From: Candidatus Cloacimonadales bacterium
GTDB lineage: Bacteria > Cloacimonadota > Cloacimonadia > Cloacimonadales > WRIO01
Reading direction: 5' to 3'
Length of the DNA: 64,000 nt
Assembly (NCBI GenBank): GCA_041654875.1
Contig: JBAZCP010000003.1
Coordinates: 4,971 to 68,970 of the forward strand
The first letter of the stretch is position 1. Every line of letters begins with the position of its first letter. The position numbers and the translations under genes were made by a program. The notes under the pieces are model-generated. The model ran no database searches, was not told where the DNA came from, and saw nothing but the letters and a program-made list of their open reading frames with translations. Positions 29,691 to 39,800 of this stretch are shown in pieces.

Positions 29691-30479
29691 TTATTTCTTT
29701 TTACTTAAAATATCATCAATATTTGCTGACTTAAAAGGCAAAAATGTCTTGTTGTTGAAATATATTGCTTGTTCAGGACAATGTGCAAAGCAACGCATGC
29801 AGTACTCACAATTATCTTCAAAACGAGGAAACTCATACATTCTAATAGTGTCTGCAGGGCAAATTTGATAACAAATTCCACATTGTGTACATTTAGAGTC
29901 ATTTACATTGAGCTCGTATAGATGTCTGTAAAGCTTAATAGGTAGAGACCCAATTAGTTTTAACATAATAAAAAAGAAATATGCAAAAACTGTTTTGTAT
30001 TGCCATTTTGCTTTATCGTTAATCAACGATTCAACAAAATGTATTGCTTTGATATTTGCCTTTTCAATTAATCTTTTAAACTTTGTATCTTTTATTTGCG
30101 TCTGTGTTAAGTTTAGGGGCATTTTAAAAGATATTGCACCAATTGGATTATAACCTTTTGCAATAGCTACCTTTTTGATTTGCAAAGCTAAAGCCCCAGC
30201 AGTACTTGCACATGTGGATATTAAAAATAAATCTGTTCCATTTGTTTTGGGGAGATTATTAATAAACTTCCAGATAAATGGGTAAGTAGAATAATATGCT
30301 ACAGGAACAGCTAACCCTATAGTATGGTTTAGGTTAACGTCTTCAGGTTTTGATTTCTCTAATAAAAATTTGTTTACATTGTATCTATTTTTCAGCAAAT
30401 TATCTGTTATCATTTTACTTATTAAGAAGGTGTTTCCTGTACCAGAAAAATAGTATATATCGACTGTCTTGCTTTTCAT
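29691..30479 (-). CDS. EFR1-family ferredoxin (flavodoxin-like domain + 2x[4Fe-4S])
   Basis: N-terminal IYYFSGTGNT. C-terminal CTQCGICYQICP and CEYCMRCFAHCP. Confidence 0.8.
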   Translation of the reverse strand: MKSKTVDIYYFSGTGNTFLISKMITDNLLKNRYNVNKFLLEKSKPEDVNLNHTIGLAVPVAYYSTYPFIWKFINNLPKTNGTDLFLISTCASTAGALALQIKKVAIAKGYNPIGAISFKMPLNLTQTQIKDTKFKRLIEKANIKAIHFVESLINDKAKWQYKTVFAYFFFIMLKLIGSLPIKLYRHLYELNVNDSKCTQCGICYQICPADTIRMYEFPRFEDNCEYCMRCFAHCPEQAIYFNNKTFLPFKSANIDDILSKKK

Positions 30480-30760
30480 TAATCATCTCCTCTCTTATAA
30501 TGAAACAATTTTACCATCAATACATGCAACTGTCAAGAAGAAATTTGTCTATCTTGTATTTTTATGCAGTTTTTCCAACAAATAAATATCTATAGACCCA
30601 TTTTATCAGTAAACTAATAATTTTTGATCAATAATAATACTCTGTCAAGCTGAACTTTCCATCAAGCAAAAACAACTATTTTAAAAAATCTTTAAATAGT
30701 ATTTGCTTTTGAATTGCTAATATATTATCTTGTTAGTAAACACTCACTTAGAAGGGATAA

Positions 30761-31342
30761 ATGAACTGGACAGAAAGACAAAAAGAACTAATTATTAAGA
30801 CTATAGCCATTATAGCACAGCATGGCATTCAAGAATTTACAACAAAGAATTTAGCAAAAAACATGGGGATTTCTGAAGCTGCTATATATAGACATTTTCA
30901 AAGTAAAAATGAAATTCTTTCAAATATTATTGATTATCTTGACCAAATATCAGATGAAACTCTTAATGAAAGTAATCAGTCTCAATTTAATTCTTTTGAA
31001 AAAGCAAAAAACTTTGTTCTATCCAGATTTAAATTGTTTAGTAGGCAACCTGACTTGGCTCACATTATGTTTAATAACTCTATTTTTAAAAATGACTTTG
31101 ATTTGTCTTGTAAGATGTTTAGCCTAATGTCGAAACATCAGTCATATCTATTTAATAATATCAAAAAAGCAAAAGAAGAAGGAATAATCACTGCTGACAT
31201 TGACAAAGATACTATCTTTTTGATTATAATTGGACCTGTTAGGCTATTAGTTAATCAGTGGATCATGTCAAAATGTGCATTTGACCTTGAAATAAGAGGC
31301 TTGAACCTCGTACAAGAATTAGAAAAATTATTAAAAAAATAA
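30761..31342 (+). CDS. TetR/AcrR family transcriptional regulator
   Basis: 193 aa. HTH: FTTKNLAKNMGISEAAIYRHFQSKNEIL. Confidence 0.85.
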   Translation: MNWTERQKELIIKTIAIIAQHGIQEFTTKNLAKNMGISEAAIYRHFQSKNEILSNIIDYLDQISDETLNESNQSQFNSFEKAKNFVLSRFKLFSRQPDLAHIMFNNSIFKNDFDLSCKMFSLMSKHQSYLFNNIKKAKEEGIITADIDKDTIFLIIIGPVRLLVNQWIMSKCAFDLEIRGLNLVQELEKLLKK

Positions 31343-31353
31343 AAGGAGAATAA

Positions 31354-32139
31354 ATGATAAGAGATATAATCACTATTGATCATGAAAAATGTGATGGTTG
31401 TGGTATCTGTGTAACAGGATGCCCTGAAGGTGCTTTGCAAATAATTAATGGCAAGGCTCACCTTGTAAATGATTTGTTTTGTGACGGTCTTGGTGCTTGC
31501 ATCGGAGATTGTCCGTTAGGTGCTATTTCTATCGAAAGAAGAGAGGCAGAACCATATGATGAAAAAGTCGTGATGGAAAACATTATCAAGGCTGGACCAG
31601 ACGTTGTTAAAGCTCACTTAAAACATCTATACGAACATCTACAACACGATTTTTTAAGTCAAGCAATAGAAGTTTTGCAAGAAAAGAACTTAGAAATACC
31701 AGATTACATGTCGTCTGAAGTACCATGTAGCTGTCCACAAGAAGCTGCAACACAAAACACACAAAAAACAGGATCAGTTTTAAAAAGTTGGCCCATTCAA
31801 CTTCAGTTAATAAGCCCTTATGCTAATAATTTTAAAGGTGCTGATTTGCTTATCGCTGCTGACTGCACAGGATTCTCACATCCAAATGTTCAACAAAGAT
31901 TTATGAAAGATAAACAAACCATAATACTTTGCCCAAAACTTGATCATGTCGCAGAAGAATACATTCAAAAACTTGCTGTTCTTTTTAAAGAGCAAAACAT
32001 CAAGTCAATCACTATCCTCAGAATGGAAGTGCCATGTTGTGGTGGTGTTGAAATACTCGTACAAAGAGCACTTGAATTAGCACAAAAGCATATATTCGTA
32101 AAAATTTATACGGTTTCTATAACCGGAGAAATAATCTAA
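31354..32139 (+). CDS. 4Fe-4S dicluster domain protein, co-transcribed with hcp
   Basis: CDGCGICVTGCP and CDGLGACIGDCP are present, plus a C-terminal Cys-containing domain (CSCP, VPCCGG). AGGAG RBS. It ends 28 nt before hcp. Confidence 0.8.
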   Translation: MIRDIITIDHEKCDGCGICVTGCPEGALQIINGKAHLVNDLFCDGLGACIGDCPLGAISIERREAEPYDEKVVMENIIKAGPDVVKAHLKHLYEHLQHDFLSQAIEVLQEKNLEIPDYMSSEVPCSCPQEAATQNTQKTGSVLKSWPIQLQLISPYANNFKGADLLIAADCTGFSHPNVQQRFMKDKQTIILCPKLDHVAEEYIQKLAVLFKEQNIKSITILRMEVPCCGGVEILVQRALELAQKHIFVKIYTVSITGEII

Positions 32140-32167
32140 ATAAAATACAAAAAAGGAGAAAAACAAA

Positions 32168-33817
32168 ATGGCTATGTTCTGTTTTCAATGTCAAGAGACT
32201 GCACTTAACAAAGGTTGCCAACATGCTCAAGGTATGTGTGGCAAGCCAGCAAGTTTAGCAAACCTTCAAGACCTTCTCATTTCACAAATCAGAGGTCTAT
32301 CTTATTGGATTTTAAGAGCTCAAGAACAAGGTGTAAAAATTGATGTGGATAAAGAAGGCTTGAGATTAATGCAATACTATTTTGCAACAATTACCAACGC
32401 TAACTGGGATCCAGAAATGTTTTATCAAATGATTGAAGAAGCAATTGAAAATCGCGAAAGAATCAAAAAACTCATCCCAAACTTGCCAACTGACAGCCCT
32501 GCTGAATATAATTGGATACCAAAATCAAGAGATGAGTACGAAGCTTATGCTGAGACTGTTGGCGTTCTTAGAACTGAAAACGAAGATATTAGATCACTAC
32601 GTGAACTAACAACTCTCGGATTAAAAGGTATTTCTGCTTATTGCGATCATGCAGCAATGCTCAACTATGAAGACTCAGACATTTACAAATATATCATCGA
32701 AGCATCAGAAGCTGTTGGAAATCCAGATAAAACTGCTGAAGAATTAACTGCTCTCGTTTTAAAAACTGGTGAATACGCTGTTAAAAGTATGGTTATCTTA
32801 GATAAGGCTAATACCGAATCTTATGGACATCCAGAGCCAACTGAAGTTAATATTGGCGTTGGTAAAAATCCTGGAATCCTCATCTCTGGTCACGACTTAC
32901 GTGACTTGGAAGAATTGTTAATCCAAACTGAAGGAACAGGTGTTGACGTTTATACCCACGGCGAAATGCTTCCTGCAAACGCTTATCCAAAATTGAAGAA
33001 ATACAAACACTTAGTTGGTAACTATGGTGGATCATGGTGGCATCAAAAAGAAGAATTTGAGTCATTTAACGGACCAATTCTTTTTACAACAAACTGTATT
33101 GTACCAAGCAAAAAAGACTATATTCAAAGAATGTTTACAACTGGTATGACAGGCTATGTAGGCTGCGAGCATATTCCTGACAGAGTAGATGATAAGCCAA
33201 AAGATTTCTCAAAAATCATTGAAATAGCAAAAACATGTCAACCACCAAAAGAAATTGAAACTGGCAAGCTTACTATTGGTTTTGCTCACAATGCTGTTAT
33301 CTCTGCTGCTGATAAAGTAATTGAACTCATTAAAGAAGGAAAAATCAAACGCTTTGTAGTGATGGGTGGCTGTGATGGACGTCATAAAGAAAGAGAAATC
33401 TTTACTGATATAGCTAAAAACTTGCCACAAGATGTTATTATATTAACTGCAGGTTGTGCTAAATACCGCTACAATAAGCTCGATTTAGGAACCATTGACG
33501 GTATCCCAAGAGTTTTGGATGCAGGACAATGTAACGACTCTTATTCGCTTGTTTTAATTGCTATGGCATTACAAAAAGCATTTGGCTTAGAAAGTGTAAA
33601 TGACTTACCACTTTCGTTTGCAATCGGCTGGTATGAGCAAAAAGCAGTAGCAGTTCTGCTTGCATTGCTATATTTAGGTATTAAAAACATTCATCTTGGA
33701 CCAACAATACCTGCTTTCTTATCACCAAACATTGCAGAATTTATCGTTAAAACATTCAACTTACAAAAAACAAGTACATGGGAAAACGATATTGAATTAA
33801 TTTTACAAGGCAAATAA
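32168..33817 (+). CDS. hcp: Hybrid-cluster protein / hydroxylamine reductase
   Basis: 549 aa. N-terminal [15 protein letters not shown] cluster motif. The motifs [20 protein letters not shown] and AGQCNDSYS are typical of Hcp. Confidence 0.95.
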   Translation: MAMFCFQCQETALNKGCQHAQGMCGKPASLANLQDLLISQIRGLSYWILRAQEQGVKIDVDKEGLRLMQYYFATITNANWDPEMFYQMIEEAIENRERIKKLIPNLPTDSPAEYNWIPKSRDEYEAYAETVGVLRTENEDIRSLRELTTLGLKGISAYCDHAAMLNYEDSDIYKYIIEASEAVGNPDKTAEELTALVLKTGEYAVKSMVILDKANTESYGHPEPTEVNIGVGKNPGILISGHDLRDLEELLIQTEGTGVDVYTHGEMLPANAYPKLKKYKHLVGNYGGSWWHQKEEFESFNGPILFTTNCIVPSKKDYIQRMFTTGMTGYVGCEHIPDRVDDKPKDFSKIIEIAKTCQPPKEIETGKLTIGFAHNAVISAADKVIELIKEGKIKRFVVMGGCDGRHKEREIFTDIAKNLPQDVIILTAGCAKYRYNKLDLGTIDGIPRVLDAGQCNDSYSLVLIAMALQKAFGLESVNDLPLSFAIGWYEQKAVAVLLALLYLGIKNIHLGPTIPAFLSPNIAEFIVKTFNLQKTSTWENDIELILQGK

Positions 33818-33834
33818 ACACATATAATAATAAA

Positions 33835-33862
33835 GGGCTCTGAGATCAGAGCCCTTTTTTTT
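33835..33862. terminator. Bidirectional rho-independent terminator between convergent hcp and the giant gene
   Basis: GGGCTCTGA (33835-33843) / GA / TCAGAGCCC (33846-33854), followed by T8. An A-rich tract precedes it, serving the opposite strand. Confidence 0.75.
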
Positions 33863-33880
33863 ATACGCTATATTAAGTAA

Positions 33881-36800
33881 TTACTTCATCAGTATCATCT
33901 TTCGTGTTGAAGTATATTTACCTGATTTCATGTTATAGAAGTATATTCCACTTCCTACACTTTGTCCATTTCCATCTTTTCCGTTCCAAATGACTGAATG
34001 CATGCCTTTTCTCTTATGTTCATTTACTAATGTCTTGACTTTCTGACCTTTAGCATTATAAATATCAATTGTTACATATGCATCTTTTTCCATCTCAAAG
34101 TTAATTGTTGTTTCTGGATTGAATGGGTTTGGATAGTTTGCAAAAAGCTTTGTATTTGGTTTTTCAATCGCATTGTCATCGGTATTTACATACAGACCAA
34201 CTTCAACATCATCAAGGCTTATAAAATACCAGTCAGTCGAATTATAGTGTCTAAAGGCTATATATATTTCTTCTCCAGCATATGGAAGATTAATTATTCG
34301 TTGAGAATACTCACCAGTTTCCACAGTTTCTGAATATATTTCTTCAAAGCTATCTATATCATTATCAGTTGTAGATACCAATACTGAGTAATACTCTTCT
34401 GGCCATAATGGGTCACGAGCCCCAATCCAATAAGTAAGACCATATGTTGACCCTTCTGGCAAGCTAATAGGCTTTGTAATCAACCAGTTATCAGGTAGTA
34501 AAGGACCTATTCCATTTATATATGAAGCTGATGTTGCAAACTGGCTTCCGCTATATGCATTTGCCTCTAAGTCCATAACATGCCAGTTATATCCATCTTC
34601 GTCAGCATCAATTATTGTCCAACCATCTGGAGGGAATACTGAGCCCTCAAAGTTTTCTACAAAGAAGAAGTTATTAAGTTCAAGAATAATTGTTTCATGA
34701 ATGTATTCATCAACATATATTTCGACATTGTCTTCTATTGCAGGAAGATAACCATGCTTCTCGACATATATTTTATATGTACCAAAAAGAACTTCTGGAA
34801 AGATAAGCTCGTCTGATATCGCAATTTCGCTATATTCAATTTCTGTATTATCATCCATGTTTTTAAGTGTAATTCGAGCACCTTCTGCTGGCTCACCGTC
34901 TTCGGTTTCTATCACGATTGTGACGTGGCTATATGGCTCTTTGATTACACTATTAGAGTAAACCTCATCAGACTCTAAATCGCCTGTATAAATCGCTTTG
35001 AGAATGTATTTATACTCACCACTTGCAACTTCTCCCCAAGAAAGATCTGTATATTCTGTTTCTTCAAAATCATTTACAATTTCTGCCCACAGATCTGCTT
35101 GCTCAATATCTTCCAACTTCGATCTCCACAATTGATATCCAATTACACCGCGAGAATTTGATCGGTGATTTACGTCAACTTTAGTATTTTTTCTAACCAA
35201 GCTTATTGTTTCTTTTCTTGGTGACATAATAACAGCAATATGAGTATCATCACCAGGAGCATTCCACGATAGCTCCACTTCTTCTCTTGTTGCAGTGGCA
35301 ACAAAGTTTGTAGGTGGATAAGCAATCTCCATAAGTGTTATAGTCTCGTGTGAATATTCAAACTGATCAATAATTACATTATTTTCTGTGTATGAATGGT
35401 AGCCATCTTTTTCGACATCGACAGTATATTCTCCAAACCAAACTTCATTAAAAGTCACAAACTGACTTGTTGGATCAGCAGTTCCAACATATATATGATC
35501 AGGATTGCCATCATTATTCGTTAGCGTAATTGTTGCTCCATCAGCTGATTGATTATCTGTTGTTGCCAAAGTAAATGTAGCTGTACTGATAGGTTCTTTA
35601 TTAACAGTATTAGAGAAAACAGCCTCAGACTCCAAACCAGTTGTATAAATTGCCTTTACTATGTATTGATATTCTCCAACAGAAAGCTCTTCCCATGTAT
35701 TATCAATATAACTTATAGCGTTAACGTCTTCCGAAACAAGAGACCAAGTTGAGTCATCTTCAATTGTGTCGATAGCTGATCTCCAAATTTTATAGCTCAC
35801 AAACACTCGTAAACCTCTATTACTCGGTGCATTCCAGAAAAGAGTAGCTTGAGTTCGTGTTGTTGTAACAACAAGGTTTGAAGGTGGATAAGCAATTTCC
35901 TCTAATGTAATTAAGGAATGTTCGTACACTTCTTGATCAATCTCGACTCCCTCTTCTGTGTATTCATGATAGCCTTGTTTATTCACATGTATAGTATATG
36001 TTCCATACCAAACTGCAGGGAAACTAACGATTTGTGAGGTTGGATTAGCAGTTTGTGTATATATATGATCTGGATTGCCATCGTAATTTGTTAATGTAAT
36101 CACAGCACCTGATGTAGGCTGGTTATCGGATGTAGCAAGTACGATTGAAACACTGCTCAAAGGATCTTTGCTAACAGTATTTGAAAATACTGGTATAGAT
36201 TCAGATCCCGAAGAATATATAGCCTTAACAATGTATTGATAGTCTCCAATTGCAACTTGTGCCCAGCTGTTATCTGTGTAACTTGTTGCGGTGATATTAG
36301 TTGCAATTTCAGTCCATTCCTCATCGTTGTTGATTGAAGCTAAAGGTGATCTCCATATTTGATAACTTGCATGCAATCGAGTATTTCTATTTGCATTTGG
36401 TGCATCCCATGATAGTGTTGCTCTACTTTGATTTACTGAAGCAACAAGATTTGCGGGCGGATATGCTATCTCTTCAAGTGTAATTGTTGGGTGTGTATAT
36501 TGATCTTGGTTTATCAAAATACCTTCTATTGTTACGGAATAATAGCCTTGTTTTTCAACATTGATTGTATATGTTCCATACCAAACTGCAGGGAAGTTTA
36601 CGATTTGACTGGTAGGGTCTGCTGTTTGTGTATAAGTATGATCTGGGTTTCCATCGCCATTGGTCAGAGTGACAACAGCTCCAGCTGCAGGCTGATTATC
36701 ATTTGTGTTAAGTGTTATCGATACGTTGCTTAATGGCTGTTTCTCAACAACATTTGACAACACAGCTTCAGATTCAAGTCCACCAGTATATATGGCTTTT

Positions 36801-39800
36801 ATTATATATTGATATTCTCCTATTGGTACGCTTGCCCACGTGTTATCGTTATAACTTGTACCTGAGAAATTATTAACGATTGATGTCCATGTTGCAACAT
36901 TTTCAACAGTCTCTAAAGGTGCTCGCCATATTCTGTAATATGTTAAAGCTCTGTCAGAATCGGTAGATACTCTAAATCCTCTTTGTATATTTGGTGAGCT
37001 CCAATTTAATGTAGCACGAGTTTGAGTTGTTGAAACTACAAAGTTGGTTGGTGTGTATGCTATCTCATTCAAAGTAATTAAGGGGTGTGTATATTGTAAT
37101 TGATTAATCAAAACGTTTTCTTGTGTATAAGCATGATATCCATCTTTCTCGACCTGAATTGTGTATGTGCCATACCATACAGTAGGGAAGTTTACGATTT
37201 GGCTGGTTGGATCAGCTGTCTTTGTATAAACATGCTCAGGATCATTATCAATATTAGTAAGAGTGACAAGAGCACCTGTTGTTGTTTGTCCATCAGAGGT
37301 ACTCAAAATAATGTTTACATTGCTAAGTGGATGCTTTTCAATAATATTAGAAAAAGCAGGTTCAGATGAAACACCGCCACTATAAACCGCCTTCACTATA
37401 TAGAGATAATTGCCTGAACTGAGATTATTCCAAGCCATATCTGTATAGTTGGTGTTTGTTAGGTTATTACCCAAAAGCGACCAAGCCTCTTCATTATTGG
37501 AGTTCTCTGCAAGGCTTCGCCAAATCACATAACTAATAGGTGATCTATTGGTTCTTTTGTTTGCAAATATTATTATATTGTTGTTTGGTTCATCCCAAGA
37601 AACATCGACATTTTGTCCTACTATTTCCGCTATAACGTTAGTTGGTGGATATAATATCTTTTCAAGAGTAACTACAGGGTGTTGATAGTAAACATCATCT
37701 ATCACAACATCTTCTTCAAGATAGCTTACATAACCATCTTTCTCAATAGACAAGTCGTATGTACCAAACCATACTGCAGGGAATTGTGCAACACGTGTAT
37801 CTATAGTAGTTGTATAAACGCTATCACTATCTGTGCTTGTCAATGTAACAACAGCACCTGCTGAATTTGTGCCATCTGATGTCATCACCTGTATTGATAC
37901 ATGGCTAAATGGAAGCTTTGTAACTTCGTTAGAAAATTCTGGATCAGATAAAACACCATTGCTATAATAGGCTTTTACCGCATATTTATAAACTTCAGGA
38001 TTTATTGTTGCCCAACCATTATCATTAATCTGAGTCATTTCATAGTCTTCTTCAATTATTTCCCAAGCATCTTCAAATTCCTCATCAGAGCTCAATAGTC
38101 TAAAAATAGTATAAGTAACATCCAGCGTTGTCTGTGGTGCATCCCATGATATTGTTACATGGTCTTGGAAAGCCTCTGCATACACATTAGTTGCTGGATA
38201 CAATATTTTCTCAAGAGTAACTACAGGGTGTTGATAGTAAACATCATCTATCACAACATCTTCTTCAAGATAGCTTACATAACCATCTTTCTCAATAGAC
38301 AAGTCGTATGTACCAAACCATACTGCAGGGAATTGTGCAACACGTGTATCTATAGTAGTTGTATAAACGCTATCACTGTCAGTACTTGTCAACGTAACGA
38401 CAGCACCTGCAGAATTTGTGCCATCAGATGTCATCACTTGTATTGATACATGGCTAAATGGAAGCTTTGTAACTTCGTTAGAAAATGCAATCTCAGACTC
38501 TGTTCCATCATCATATATTACTTGTACTGCATATTTATAAACGTCAGGCATAGTTGTTGCCCAACCACTATCATTTATCTGAGTATCTTCAAACCCTTCA
38601 GAAATAACCACCCACTCTTGTTCATCTTCTTCATCTGTACTTAATAATCTCCAAATATTATAAGTTACATCGAGAGCTGTTCCAGGAATAGTCTGCGGTG
38701 CGTCCCATGATATTGTTACATGGTCTTGGAAAGCCTCTGCATACACATTAGTTGCAGGATAAATAATTTTATTCAATAGAATAACCGCATGCTCATAATA
38801 TGTTGTTTCAATAACAATATTTTCTACTAATACAGGTGTATAACCAACTAATTCAACTTCTATTGAATAAGTACCAAATGGTATATTGGTAAAATATCCT
38901 GCATTGTTGGATGCAACAACCTCAAACACATGATCTGGATTTTCATTGTTATTTACTAAAGTTACTGTTGCACCATCTGACGATGCATCATCGCTTGTTT
39001 CGAGTCTAACAATAACAGTACTAAATTCACCTTTTGTAACTGTATTTGAAGATACAAAAGCAGATTGCGTATCATCATCATAAACGGCAGCAATCATATA
39101 AACATACTGACCAGGATCAATCGTAAGCCAATCATTGTCATAGTACTGTGTGCCCGAATATTCTTCTTTCAAAACAGTCCAATTTTCACTATTTTCAATA
39201 TTCTCTATCAAAGTTCTTACAATTTTGTAATTTGCATCTAATGGATCTCCGTTGTCGTCCATAGGTGCAATCCAAGTAACCTCAACTGAAGATTCATAAT
39301 CAATTGCAACCACATTTGTAGGCGGTTCTGGTAATTTTTGTAAGATAATTGTTGGATGCTGGATAGCAGGTACATTGACTATAACATCTGATTCAATATA
39401 GGTTTCATAACCAACTTTTTCAACTGTTATTGTATAAGTACCAAACCAAACCGCTGGAAAGCCCACACCTGCTGCAACAGGAGTAACTACATCTGAATAT
39501 ACATAATCTGGGTTATTATTTTGATTTGTTAATGTTACCACTGCACCATCTGCAGAAGCCTGATCAGATGTGCTAATACTAATGAATATATAGCATGTTG
39601 GGTCTTTGGTCACAACATTTGAATATGCAGGACCAGAAACAACGTTCTCAGAATAATAAGCTTTTACAATATAGACATAGCTGTCGTAATCAGCATTATT
39701 CCAAGTATTGTCATCATAATATGTTGTACTAATATTTGTTGCAAGTAATACCCAATCATCTTCATCTGATACTTCACCTTCAAGACTACGCCAAATAGTG

